The notes: generated by a model from the letters alone, not told the origin. A DNA stretch of 64,000 bases from Octopus sinensis (GCF_006345805.1 NC_043002.1:61752001-61816000), one strand, 5' to 3'; positions 38,996 to 53,662 are shown, counted from the stretch's first letter. Translations and numbers: made by a program.

Positions 38996-39594
38996 TTGAT
39001 AAATTTCCTCATTATTTCATTTGTGGGCAATAGTCAAGTGAAACTCTTTAATAGGTTTTTCACTTTCAGTGACTGACGCCGATCACATGCCAAGACAAAC
39101 CGATTTGCAATACATATAGACATAAACAATTTATCTATGATGTTTAGCTTCTTTTTCTTCTTCTTCCGCTGCTTCTTCTTGTTCTTCTTCTTCTTCACAT
39201 TCGTTTACTTTTTCTCATTTTCCCTCCCTTCCCCCACCTCCAACGCCTTCTCATTCTTCCTCGTATCCCTCCTCTTAGATTTTTCCTCTTTAACACTAAA
39301 TAATCCTGACACCACTTAATCATCCCATAACCACATATTTATTTATTTATTTTCTGCTTCCTCCCGATGTAAGCCAAAAAACTAGGTCTCGAAGACGCTT
39401 ATTGTGACTTTGGTGCAACTTTGATGTAGAGCCTCTGTAATGTGTAAAACCGCAAACATTACATAAATTTTCACTTCGAACTTTTGCGTAAACTGGCGTT
39501 GGAACTTCAATTGACACAGAAACAATTGCAACGAATCATTAAAGGTATGTTTGAAGAATATTCTTTGTCTTTTGGGTAATACATACATACATAT

Positions 39595-39653
<59 letters not shown>

Positions 39654-39702
39654 ATATATTATATATATATACATATATATATATGTCTTTGTCTTTCGTG
39701 TA

Positions 39703-39799
<97 letters not shown>

Positions 39800-39838
39800 T
39801 ATATATTTGTCTTTGTCTTTCGTGTAATATATATATAT

Positions 39839-39872
<34 letters not shown>

Positions 39873-40650
39873 ATTGATATAGGATAAACTTTTTTTCGGG
39901 AAAAAAATTTTATTAATGGCCAGCATATCAAAAAATGCCTTTAAAGGTAAAATTTATACATAATTTACAAGATAAGGTCAGAAGAAAAATCCTAATGCCA
40001 GATACGCCGAAACAAAAAAAAATGTCGATAACCATTAAATTTATGCGTCTCGAAACAAACCGATAGAAATCTCTAAAAAATTCGTTATTACCGTATTGGT
40101 CCAATTTCGGGGTTAATTCACAAGAAATTTGGGTGTGAGTGTTTGGAGTACCGACTCTGTCCAAAGTGATTTAACTAACAAAATACTGGCATATGTCACT
40201 GAGCGGGGTTAAAATCATCTGCTTGAAAACAATATGGATGTTACATTTTTATTTAAAAACCTTTATATTTGGAGGCTACAAGGAATACAATAAACAACCG
40301 AAGACATCCTGTAAACGGAATGAATTTTAGATATTTTTAAAGTAAAATCATTAGCTCTCGAAGGAAGAAATAAGTGAGATTTTTGATTACGCGGAATTTT
40401 AAATCAAGAACAGGTAATAGATTTTTTGCCCTTGACTAAAAACATCGTGCACAAACATTTAGGTACGATAAAATAATTCAATCTCTCACACTTCATGGCA
40501 GTAATGTGATTACAATATTATAATCCGTTTAAAAGCAATTACCATCTATTTACATATCAAGTCAATAACAGTCGAATAATAAAATGATTTCGCTGCTTTG
40601 CCATTATGTAATTTCTGCAAATAAATATCCCCATGAAAGATTTAGATGAC

Positions 40651-41540
40651 TTACATTGCTGATTTAGCGACAAAATTGTTTTCGCATATTCGTTTGAAAG
40701 AATCGTCTACTAAAAGGTTTACCACAAGTGTTTTGAATGTGAAATTCCATCCTTTATAAACAAACGCATTTAGAAAATGATGACAAAACACAGTGAATAA
40801 ATATGGAGTAACTGCATTATTTGAGAACATTTCTACGTAGTGGTTATATAACACTGTTACTCCTGCTGTGATGGTGTTCTTTATGAGTAGAAAGCAGAAT
40901 GATGACTTACTTATCTGATAACTTTGTACACAACAACAACAACAACAACAACATTCAGATATGATTTTACAAAAGACAAACATGCTGCAACAAGACATTA
41001 ATAAATCTGGAATAACTAAAAATGCTGTAATAAAAATACGTGTTTCTGGTGTTTTATACTCTTGAAAGCAGATAAATAATTGCTCTGATATATCCAAGCA
41101 TGAAACGATGCCAGCTGCGACTGAAGAAATAATGGTAGTTAATATAAATGTGATGACATGCTTCATCGCGCAAATTTTGCTATGTTTCAATGGGAAGTAT
41201 ACACTCAGAAATGTTTGAAGGAAATAAAAGTTGCTATCCATATGGAACTGATTCTCGAAGCATTCCATATAAAAGTGAATATTTTACATGTCTTCTGATT
41301 AAAATAGAAAAGAACATTGAAGTCACTCAAATAGAAAATCTCTAATAAACAAGCAAACATGACCAATGAATCTACCATATTTAGTGTCATCACATAAAGT
41401 GGTAGTTGAGATTTGGAATTTATCTTTTTCTTATTAGTGATAAAACACCAAATATTCATAAATATCCCAGTTACGAACAACACAGCAGTTACGATTGTTG
41501 CAACATTCGAAAATTTGAAAGCTCCCTGCTTATTAGACAT
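40651..41540 (-). CDS. single-exon divergent class A (rhodopsin-like) GPCR, split by a 1-nt frameshift (pseudogene or sequence error)
   Basis: ORF 41205-41540 gives TM1 (GIFMN), TM2 (LNMVD), ECL1 Cys and TM3 (SSIW...ISF). ORF 40651-41268 continues FLSVYFPLK, TM4, ECL2 Cys, TM5 (VIPDLL), TM6 and TM7 (NAFVY). One extra T at ~41210 joins them into ~296 aa. Confidence 0.8.
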
Positions 41541-42389
41541 TTCTTATAAATGAAAACTACTGAATTTCAGAACTTAATAAACTGTTATATTAAATGTTAT
41601 TGAACAAATAATACACGTTTTGCATAATATTGTTTTGTATTTACTTACAGAATGTACTAAATCTCCGTAAATATCCAGTTAGTGAAAATGGTGGCAATTT
41701 ATGTAATGCTTTGTAACTTGTACGCTAAATGGAGAATAATAGTTCTGTGTTTGTTTTATGTTTCCTTTAAATAAGCTCCAAGTCGGTTTTTGCAAAATGT
41801 ATCACAACTTTATATCCTTACTCCTGATTCAACTTTCGTAGAGAAATTAGGCAAGTGTTCTTGCTACAGCGATGTGTTTATGCATGACGGTACTCCATCT
41901 TAAAAATTATGAAAAGAAACAATATTTTTTGTATAACCGTACGATAATGTTTATCAGCTAACGCCTTCGATGGATTGACAAAGCGTAAGAGAAATCAATA
42001 AGTAGAACAGGTATTTCTTAAAGCAAATAGAACATTTGGATATTTTCTGACGAGTAAATAGCTTTAATACAAATTCACTGACACCGACACTGAAATAATT
42101 TACATTCATATAAACACCCACTACAAATGAGGTTGCTGTTGTTGATGATAATGATGACGACAAAACCATTTAAAAGCATCGCTATATTCATTTGTATATC
42201 AATATTAGATCAAATATTAGAAAGTAAACAAATGTTATTCTTATACTGGGTGGTGCTAGATTTATTTTTCCTATTAGATTAGAGATTCTATTTGATATAT
42301 TTAATCTAATTGACTATGTAGACAATATGACATATATATATATGGACTATGTAGACATATATATATATATGGACTATGTAGACAATATG

Positions 42390-42429
<40 letters not shown>

Positions 42430-42744
42430 GCACACACACACAGACAGACAGACAGAGAAAAGAGACAGAGTAGTTCATTTCATTTCAACATTATTGAATT
42501 TTCAGTAACATGTATATAAGAATAAATATTTGAGGGACTTTTCTTTTACGACTTTTCAATAAATCAGTGAGTGATAAGTGCATTTCATTGTACAATTTCA
42601 CTCTAAACCAGGGTGAGCCCAATATGTAATGCATGTGACAGTTATAACTTAAAGAAGCAAAGTGGTTTGGACGACAGATGCTCAAAGCAAGTACACACAC
42701 ACACACACAACACACACACACACACACACGCACACACATATATG

Positions 42745-43095
42745 AGTGGCTTTGTGGCTGTATGTTGCTTACCAACAACATAGACCCAGGTTTAGTCCCA
42801 CTGTGTGGCACCTTGGGCTAGTGTTTTCTACTGTAACTAGTGAATGGGTTCGTTAGACAGAAGCTGAAAAAAGTCCGTCGTATATATATATGTATATGTT
42901 TGTGTGTCTATGTTTTTCTCCCCACCATCATTTGACAACCATTGTTGGTGTGTTTAGTACCCCGTAATATAACGGTTCGCCAAAAGAGACCGATAGAACA
43001 AGTACTAGTTTTACAAAAGATTAAGTCCTGGTGCCGATTTGTTTGGCCAAAGGCGGTGCTCCAGCATATCCACAGTCAAATGACCGAAACAAATA
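42745..43095 (+). mobile_element. SINE family B
   Basis: Head, centre and ggcggtgctccagcat tail are all present. Confidence 0.85.
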
Positions 43096-44094
43096 AATAT
43101 ATATATATACATAATGTTACTATGAATATCACTTAAATTCAAGCATATTTCCCCATTATCCATAGCCCCACAAACATATTTCCCGCTTGGCTTCTAACAT
43201 TTCAAAGTCCTTTTTCCCTTCATTGGTTATCTCCCTTTCTTGATCACTCTCTTGCGACTTTCTATATTCTGATGAATTTCAAACATTCGAAAGGTTATGA
43301 CACTTTATCTTACCAATAAATCTTTAAACTAATAATTCGCCAAACGCTATTCCCCGCTGTGATACATTTGTATTGTTTGGTGTACTTACATCACTCACAC
43401 ACACACACGGACTCGCATATAGAAGTGAAACACACACACACACCTAGGCATACACCGGTTTGTTTTCCAATACCTAATGATGTTAAGCTGTTAAGCTGTT
43501 GATATTTGTGAACCGTACCTGTCGCATTAAACTTACTGACGAACCGTAGAAATATCATACATTCACAAAACTATAATCAAGCGCACACAATGTGTGACGT
43601 GCGCTCGTGTGCACGCACACACATATACATACACAAATACACCAATGTCCAATAGAAGACAGAGATATATTTCAGATATAGACCACAGTCTCCACACCCA
43701 ATCTCTGTCATTGGCTATACACATCTGAATACAGTACTTCTTCTCAGATGATTCAATTGGTACGATATAAATGGCTTTATTTAATTCAAAATAATGTTTA
43801 CTTACATGTATAGCCATAATAAACTTTTCACAGAAACCAGGTGTCAAAAGCATCGTCTTTTTTTTTGCGTTCTGTTATCGTTTATATTTTATTCGCTTCA
43901 GTCTTTGGACTGCGGCCATGCTGGGACACTGCCTTGAGGAAGTTTAGGTGAACGAATTGAGACCTCAGAATTTTTTATAAGCTTAGCACTTATTCAATCG
44001 GTAAAGTATATTGCAACTTTGTTGTTCAACAGAGTTTGAGAGCATTAAATTTGAATCTCATAGAAATCTACGAGTTGGCTTTATTTTATATTGG

Positions 44095-44480
44095 TTTCAA
44101 AGTCTAGTTTAAAGCCAATAATATCGTGACAGGATGTAAGTCGATTACATTGATCCCCAATGACCAACTAGTACTGTTTTATAGACATCGAATGGATTAA
44201 GGGCAAAGTCGGCTTCGACGAAATTTGAACCCAACATAGAGACGGATGGTATACAGCTAAACATTTCGCCCGTCGAATATCATCTTGCTCCCTTGGCTGT
44301 ATTTATACTGCCACAAGGCCAGCAAAATCAGGAGACGAGATTAATCGATGAGTAATCGACTCGGCAATTATGAAAAGCAAAGCCAACCTCGGCGACATTC
44401 GAACTGAGAACGTAAAGAATGTTGAAGTGCCGCTAAGCATTCTCTTCGCTGTACAAACGATTATCGTAGTTTGCGGCCTT
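44095..44480 (-). mobile_element. two old SINE family A copies
   Basis: gcaaagtcggcttcgacgaaatttgaac and gcaaagccaacctcggcgacattcgaactgagaacgtaaag motifs. Confidence 0.65.
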
Positions 44481-44954
44481 ATAGGAGGAATTAATATTAC
44501 GAACTTCAAGATAAATGACTTCCCACTGATCTCTCAATGGGGTGCCACTTCAGGGCGATTTAATGAGTTAGAAAAAGGTAGCAAACCTCCCTTTACAGCC
44601 GTGTCACAATATCAAAGAAATTTCGGTCTAGAGAGCAACTTTTTTCTGAAGATAAAATCTCAAAATACGACCGGATGTTTATAATTTGAACGTTTTGATC
44701 TTAAGTATGTTTTGGGTGCCAATTATCTAGAGAGAGATCTCAAAAATAAAAGCCTATTTTATCGAATTAGAGATCTATACCGTTAAAAAAAAAACTGGAA
44801 AGAAAACGAGGAAATGCATTATATGTCATTGAATTGTATCGGGAAGCCATAGCGATGACGGAGCAATTTTCGATTATCGATAACTACAACATAAACAATA
44901 TAAAATCATCACGAGACACACATTCAGCATAGCCTACTTCATAGCAAAACCGTA

Positions 44955-44975
44955 TAATATATATATATATAATAT

Positions 44976-45038
<63 letters not shown>

Positions 45039-45074
45039 CACATATGTATATACATATACATACATATATATATA

Positions 45075-45117
<43 letters not shown>

Positions 45118-45124
45118 ATGTATA

Positions 45125-45182
<58 letters not shown>

Positions 45183-45246
45183 TATATGTATGTTTATGTA
45201 TATATATATATATATACATACATGTATAGATATGTATATATATATA

Positions 45247-45284
<38 letters not shown>

Positions 45285-45390
45285 TGTATATGTATATATA
45301 TATGTATTTATATGTATGTATATATATGCATATATATATATATGTATATATACGTATGTATATATATATGCATATATATATATATATATA
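44955..45390. repeat. long (TA)n/(TACA)n array
   Basis: Direct reading of the sequence. Confidence 0.98.
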
Positions 45391-47789
45391 ACGGTAGAAG
45401 TTAATACTATTGAATAACACCAATCTGGACAAAAGATCAGCATACGTAAAAGAAACATCCGAGGACTATGAATTACATTTAAAGATAAATAAAAGAGACC
45501 ACTAAATGGATCCTTTGTATGCTAGAAATAGACCTCAAACCGTTCTCCCACGAGATATGTGTTCTCAAATTAGCAAGACGCTAGCTGTTTACCAGCTAGA
45601 AAAAGGAAAAGAATTTAACTTAGCACTTAATTCCATACCTTAAAGTTTCGCCATAAATAATTTAACCATTGTCTGTGGCTATTTAGTGAAATCGGTGCTG
45701 ATACATAACAATGGAACTGGACACCACCCATCTCTATGAGAGGATACGCTTGTATAGAATTTCCCTATCATGTATCGTAACTTCGATTCAAACGCCCTTG
45801 TACTTGCGTACTAAGCCAGAAAATAACTGCAATAAATCACTTGGCTAGAGAACACAGATATTTAAAGTTAAAGGTTAAGGGTAGCAATCAATATTATCAA
45901 ATAATACCAATTTGAACCAGTGGTCACATATGTAAAAAAACTTCCTTCGATTGTGATTTATATTAAAACATAAACAAGAGGAGAGACCACTAAGTGGATC
46001 CATTGTATGCTGAAGATAGACGTCAAACCTTTCAAAATTTACAACCACAACGGTAACATTATCTTTCTCTTTTCAGCCTCTATCCATCCCATACTAGCAT
46101 TTCGCATAATATGTAGCAAATATGATATTTTGTACGTCAGAGCCCTTTCCAATGGAAACAGCTTCTATTTGTCTGTCATGTCTACCCTGTCTGAACGACC
46201 CATACTCTTCAACACTGTGCCCAAATAAGCTGTCTAGAACACAAAATTACCAACCAGGCCTATGAAATTTAAATGACGATGGCATGCTATAATTTACAGA
46301 AAAAAATTAATGCATATGTCTCACCGGCGTAAAAGCTTACACAGTCCACCATTCTTCGTTTAATGGAAACAAAACAACCTTCCGACCCCTTTCAACCTTC
46401 CGTATGTGAAATATATGAAATCACATTTCATACATTGCACATTTTAATACACCTATGACCTACGCGCTTAGACGAAGAGATACGAAGTGTCTACCTGTTA
46501 CAGACAATTTTATGTAAACAAAATAGACATGTTATTCCGACGAAGTCTGGATAAAACTTTTTATTTTTTTATAAAGTGATGTAATTTACGCCATTTGCAA
46601 CCATGGAAACTTTGATAAAGTTATGATGAACAACATTTTAAATTTCCATAATGTCATTAAAAACACATAGAATCATTGTGTCTAGTCAGATGTAAAATAG
46701 TATTCGATATATTTGTTCGCAACCGATCATCTTAAGATTAAATTTTCAGAATAGATATGTTTGAAATATTAATCACATACAAAAAAAAAAAAAAAAAAAA
46801 GAACGCAAATAAATAGTAAAGAAATATAACATACACTATCATATGAACATTTACAATTTCGTTAATTTATATTCATTTATTTTAATAAATTCATTTATAA
46901 TTCTGCAATGCCTCCCGCATATTTTAATTAATTGTAATATGAAAATCTAAATGTTTTCACGGATTTCAATTAATTGATTTCACATTATTCATTATTTAAT
47001 TACAAACAGCATTATACATTTAAATTCGTATGGAAGTGTTCATCATATATATATAAAAGATAAATGTACGTCTGTCTGCGATGATATTTATATGTTAATA
47101 TTTTTTCTCAATGATATTTCAGAGTAGACGGTATATGTTTTTTTTCAACGACAGCTATAACTTTTAGAATGAATTTATTTGGGCATTTCTATAGCATGAC
47201 ATTTAGCTCAAAGATCAAGTCGTATCCGTTTATGACATGAACATTTTTGCCCCATCTCAACAAAACTTAGTTTGAAATAATAGTTTTCTTTTCGAATATA
47301 CAAAAGAAACTCTTATGTATATTCTGCAGTACCAATTTTCAGTAAGCCCGGAGTCAAAAATATTACGACCTTAGATGGAGGGAACAACGAAATATGGTCA
47401 TGTAAAAAGAAAAGATTTGTTATACGAACACTAAACTGACCACAGTATATATGAATATATATATATATATGAAAAAATATGGTAAATAAACAAATGCCAT
47501 TAGGTCTACTGAATGTAAAACGATCGACAGACAAACAGAAGAACCGTAATTCTTCATCAGTTTTCGACTAATTGGCACTGTTCAGTTTCGCACCTTTAAC
47601 GATAGGACTGAGTGTTTTCCCAATTGGCGCTGCCCGCAAAGAGAGTTTTCTGGCGGAGAATTAGAGACGAGAGAAAATAAAAGGAAACAAACAAGCAAAA
47701 CGGCATAGAGCGTGATTTAGGACTGTAGCCACGGACGATCAAACTTAAGGTCAAGGAGGCGAGAATAGTCGGTAACGCTTAGAAACTAT

Positions 47790-47878
<89 letters not shown>

Positions 47879-48122
47879 TACATATATATATATATATATA
47901 AATATCAGGGAATTTTATTCCAAAATTACAGGGAATAATTCAGTTTAGTAATACTAAATCAAATTTCACAAAATATAATATATAATATAATTATATCCAT
48001 TTTATTTATTATTTTAGACATTACTTAATCATTGGTATATGTTTTTATCTTATATTTAATTTTCTTCTATATGGTATAATTTGATTATTTCATTGTTGAA
48101 TTGATAAAAGGTGTTATTTTTT

Positions 48123-48170
<48 letters not shown>

Positions 48171-48171
<1 letters not shown>

Positions 48172-48877
48172 TTAATAATGAGGGTGAATAAAATTATAGA
48201 TATAGATATAATCTGCATTTTGTTAATGAGGAAACAATTGTACAACATTAATCCATTATTTAGTAGTAATTTAATTTCATAGCGTTGACTGTGGTGCTAT
48301 TTCTATGTGGAATTATCGTCGGCGACTTTTACCGGTCGGACCTATTTCTAGCACTAGAGTTAACATATTCAAAGTTGGCTCTCTAATATTTACTTATAAA
48401 TATGAATTTGTGTCCCCGGTTTTTTTTGTGCTAGGTCGCTTGGTGTTAAAATAAGGGTATTATTGAATTAATATCTATAATTTTATTCACCCTCATTATT
48501 AAATGTATTGATTTGATATGCTGCAGTAAATATTCCATGCGGTATTCACTTCCACTTAGCATTTACTTTCGGCGGAAAATTTGTAACTACAACAAAATGT
48601 AATTCATCGGACCATATGAGAATCGTCGCTCGTAAGGGTCTGATCAATTATATTGACAAATGTTGCTGACGAATCATAGACAATTATGTAAAAATAATCT
48701 GCATTTTGTTAATGAGGAAACAATTGTACACATTAATCCATTATTTAGTAGTAATTTAATTTCATAGCGTTGACTGTGGTGCTATTTCTATGTGGAATTA
48801 TCGTCGGCGACTTTTACCGGTCGGACCTATTTCTAGCACTAGAGTTAACATATTCAAAGTTGGCTCTCTAATATTAC

Positions 48878-48878
<1 letters not shown>
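48171..48878 (+). mobile_element. HHR element family H3: inverted 5' piece, partial repeat, body, full repeat (~485 nt unit)
   Basis: 48171-48202 is the reverse complement of 48471-48503. Direct repeats at ~48210-48390 and ~48696-48875. HHR at 48659-48734. Confidence 0.8.
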
Positions 48879-48975
<97 letters not shown>

Positions 48976-49497
48976 TTTTATCCTATTCCTCTATTTGTTT
49001 CAGTTATTTGACTGCAGCCATGCTGGAGCACCGCCTTTGGTGAACAAATCAAACTCAAGTCTAATTCTTTGTAACCCTAGTACATATTTTATCGATCCCC
49101 TTTGCCGAACCGTGGTTATGAGGTCATAACACACCAATATGCATACTTCATAGAATCCACAGTATGGTGGAAACAATAGCCACTCATAATAAAAAGAGTA
49201 CTGATGGAATGTACCAAGGAAAACCTCAATAAAATACAAACAAAACAGACCTGACAATTATTTGGGATAGAGAAGGGAAATTGCTTTCAGTTGGATAGAA
49301 AGAGCCTAGGTTAGAAACCGGTTCTTTCACTATTGGCAGGAATCTTGAAATAAAAGTGAATAATTCCATACATATGGCGGTGCCCCAGCATGGCCACAGC
49401 TCATTAGCTGAAACTGGAAAAATCCAAAATCAAAATCATATGTCCGAACATATATAAAAATAGAAGAAAAAAAGTGTGGCAAACGTAATATGTGTGA

Positions 49498-49539
<42 letters not shown>

Positions 49540-49572
49540 TATATATATAGATATATATATATATATTATATA

Positions 49573-49621
<49 letters not shown>

Positions 49622-50103
49622 ATAATGAGGGTGAATAAAATTATAGATACAGATATAATCTGCATTTTGTTAATGAGGAAACAATTGTACAACATTAATC
49701 CATTATTTAGTAGTAATTTAATTTCATAGCGTTGACTGTGGTGCTATTTCTATGTGGAATTATCGTCGGCGACTTTTACCGGTCGGACCTATTTCTAGCA
49801 CTAGAGTTAACATATTCAAAGTTGGCTCTCTAATATTTACTTATAAATATGAATTTGTGTCCCCGGTTTTTTTTGTGCTAGGTCGCTTGGTGTTAAAATA
49901 AGGGTATTATTGAATTAATATCTATAATTTTATTCACCCTCATTATTAAATGTATTGATTGATATGCTGCAGTAAATATTCATGCGGTATTCACTTCCAC
50001 TTAGCATTTACTTTCGGCGGAAAATTTGTAACTACAACAAAATGTAATTCATCGGACCATATGAGAATCGTCGCTCGTAAGGGTCTGATCAATTATATTG
50101 ACA

Positions 50104-50180
50104 AATGTTGCTGACGAATCATAGACAATTATGTAAAAATAATCTGCATTTTGTTAATGAGGAAACAATTGTACAACATT
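50104..50180 (+). ncRNA. type I hammerhead ribozyme (family H3)
   Basis: AATGTTG-CTGACGA-a-TCAT...ATGA-g-GAAA-CAATTG-TA|CAACATT. Perfect 7 bp stem I, extended stem II, palindromic stem III, predicted cleavage after A50173. Confidence 0.85.
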
Positions 50181-50336
50181 AATCCATTATTTAGTAGTAA
50201 TTTAATTTCATAGCGTTGACTGTGGTGCTATTTCTATGTGGAATTATCGTCGGCGACTTTTACCGGTCGGACCTATTTCTAGCACTAGAGTTAACATATT
50301 CAAAGTTGGCTCTCTAATATTACGTATATATATATA

Positions 50337-50421
<85 letters not shown>

Positions 50422-50947
50422 TTTTATCCTATTCCTCTATTTGTTTCAGTTATTTGACTGCAGCCATGCTGGAGCACCGCCTTTGGTGAACAAATCAAAC
50501 TCAAGTCTAATTCTTTGTAACCCTAGTACATATTTTATCGATCCCCTTTGCCGAACCGTTGGTTATGAGGTCATAACACACCAATATGCATACATTCATA
50601 GAATCCACAGTATGGTGGAAACAATAGCCACTCATAATAAAAAGAAGTACTGATGGAATGTACCAAGGAAAACCTCAATAAAATACAAACAAAACAGACC
50701 TGACAATTATTTGGGATAGAGAAGGGAAATTGCTTTCAGTTGGATAGAAAGAGCCTAGGTTAGAAACCGGTTCTTTCACTATTGGCAAGGAATCTTGAAA
50801 TAAAAGTGAATAATTCCATACATATGGCGGTGCCCCAGCATGGCCACAGCTCATTAGCTGAAACTGGAAAAATCCAAAATCAAAATCATATGTCCGAACA
50901 TATATAAAAATAGAAGAAAAAAAGTGTGGCAAACGTAATATGTGTGA

Positions 50948-51032
<85 letters not shown>

Positions 51033-51289
51033 TATATATTTATATATTTATATATAACTTAGATAACTTAGATATGCTTCGACCAAAGATTGGTCCAGGC
51101 CATGTTTTAACTTAATAGCACCACCTGATAGGATTATTCGAATCCTGTTTAAGTCAAGTTTTGTTTATGGTCCATTCAAGTAGTGTGTGTATGTATGTAT
51201 GCATGTATATATATATATATAATATATATATATATACATACATATATATACGCACACACTCACACAAACAGGCAAGCACACATCAATAC

Positions 51290-51321
<32 letters not shown>

Positions 51322-52718
51322 GTATATATGTATCCATGTATATGTAGATAGATATATATAGATAGACAGGCAGATATATAGATAGATAGAGTGGCAGAGT
51401 GTGAGATTACAATGAATATATTCATTCAAAGTTGAATATTCTGAGATGGATTTTGTTTTTGTCTTTGTTATCGATTTTGCAATCAAGGAAATGAATGAAC
51501 ATTTGGAATCCCTCGAGCCACCTAGAAAACTAAATGTGGTTTCATAGCGTAAAACCGACTGCGTCTGGTAATCATTATGCGTCTACCTAGTTCAAAGAAG
51601 CGGAGTAGGTTGTATTGGTAGTGTTAGTAGATAGCGCATCTGTAGATCAGACATTTTAATTTGTTCATGAATGAAACTTGAACAATATTTTCGATGGCTT
51701 ATGTGTAATGTAATGCCGAATGTTTCATTGCGTAGCAGCAACGTCGTCCTATCACAGATTTATGAGCATTATTGTAATAAGGATATATATAAAATTCTGC
51801 AACCGATCTCGAATCCATTTTTGTCATGAAAGTATATAAAAATGACCGATCACGAGGAGGTAAATTATATATAGGTCATGAATATGTGGGCGTAAGGTAC
51901 GGACATGAAATATTGCTGTGAAGAACATTTGTAATGTTTTTGAAACGTCAATTACGGGATGTGCAACCAAGAGAACTAGCTACACAATGTTTTTACTCAT
52001 GATATATAAATGATTACTTTTGTCAATCGTTGCTGGTGCCCCCGTGAAATATGATTTCGTGATCTTTTCATGGATATAAAACGAATTTGATAAAGTGTTA
52101 CTAGATTGTGTTTCAATATGTGGTTGTTTAAAGTAGACTGAAGAGGTATATACGATCGAACATACTCCAGTAAGACTGGCACTCGCCTACGTAGACGCAA
52201 CTTGTATCATTTAATAAAATCGATTGCAGTAATTATGAAATGTGGACTGGAAAATAGAATGTTCCGGATAGAATCCTTCTTAAACTGACATGCTTGACAT
52301 GAGTGAAATTCATGAGAGACAGCAGTGTTTTACATCCTCCGAGTTAAATAAATTGGTTACAACTGGTAAGGAATAGAGGACAACGGAGGCTTCGTACGTG
52401 AAGGGGAAGGGATTGGTAAGAGAAACAGGCTGAGTGATGTAGAAGGAGAGTGAAATGGAATGAAGAGGAGAAGCGTAAGAAGTCGGAAGAGAAGTGAAAA
52501 GAAAAGATGAGATAGGGTGTGGGGAGTAAAAACAATAAAGTGTTCTAATGAAATAGAAGGAAAATGGTCAGGCTTTGTTAGAAATGATAATAGGTAAGAC
52601 AGAAAACTTCAAGTGGGAAGAGGAAAAACAATCGAATACTGGAAAAAATTTGACAAACTTTTGGTCTGAGAAGTTGTCTTAAAATTTGATGCTCCGATTA
52701 TGTAGGGTGTTTTTTAAA

Positions 52719-52990
52719 TCAGAGGTCCACAGTTCTTCAATATTCCCCCGAAGAACCTGAGAGATCTGCATGGGATAGATGTAGGTGTCTTCAAAATAAA
52801 TCGCGATCTCTTACTTAGATGAATCAACTTCGTGGCAGGAGGCGCAGATGAGGGCTGCGGCATCAACCTCGCTCATGCACTAAATTTCAGTTCCTAAAAA
52901 GCATCCGTGTAGTAAAATTATGTAGTAACACGAAATGACGGTACCTTAGCATGGCCACAGCCCGTGAGGTGAAACTAGATAAAAAAAATC
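52719..52990 (+). mobile_element. 3' end of a CR1-like LINE
   Basis: Encodes RGPQFFNIPPKNLRDLHGIDVGVFKINRDLLL and DESTSWQEAQMRAAASTSLMH*. Tail gacggtaccttagcatggccacagc...tgaaactagat(A)n. Confidence 0.75.
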
Positions 52991-53069
52991 CGAAGTGAGT
53001 GTGACAGTTAGTTTACTGTGTGCTGTCACCATAGTAACAACTTCGAGTGTATGTTCTATTATTCTTTCA

Positions 53070-53283
53070 TTCTTTTACTTGTTTCAGTCATTTGACTGCG
53101 ACCATGCAGGAGCATCGCCTTTAGTCGAACAAATCACCCACAGGATTTATTTACTGTAAGCCTAGTACTTATTCGATCGCTTTATTTTTGCCGAACTGTT
53201 AAGTTACGGCAACGTAAACATACCAATATCGGTATTCAAGCGATGGTTGGGGACAAACACACACCGAGAAACACACACACAGT

Positions 53284-53314
<31 letters not shown>

Positions 53315-53334
53315 ACACAACCACACACACATAC

Positions 53335-53369
<35 letters not shown>

Positions 53370-53537
53370 AATATATACGACTGTTTTGTTTCAGTTTTCG
53401 TCAGCCAAATATGCTCACAAAGCTTTGGTCGGCCTGAGGCTATAGCAGGGGACACTTGCCCAAGGTGACACATAGTGGGACTGAACCTGAAACCATGTGG
53501 TCCGAAAGCAAACTGCTTACCACACGGCCACACGCCT
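53070..53537 (-). mobile_element. SINE family B
   Basis: Full head-to-tail homology with 17770-18205. Confidence 0.9.
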
Positions 53538-53662
53538 TTCGTTGACAACACGCACCACGCAGTAAAAGTTTCGCCAAAAACTTTAAATGGAGGGAACATT
53601 TTCGAATGCAACGGTAAAACACATCTCTCTATCTCTCTCCCTCACGCACACACACACACACA

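Larger units (their letters stand above)
48171..50952. repeat. near-identical ~1.45 kb tandem duplication
   Basis: 48171-49502 versus 49618-50952; outside the TA tracts the differences seen are mostly single-base indels. Confidence 0.95.

Noticed and set aside
48210-50320. Four ~180 bp repeats as a CRISPR-like array
   Set aside because: Repeats are too long, spacers are duplicated, the context is eukaryotic and there are no cas genes; explained by element structure plus duplication.
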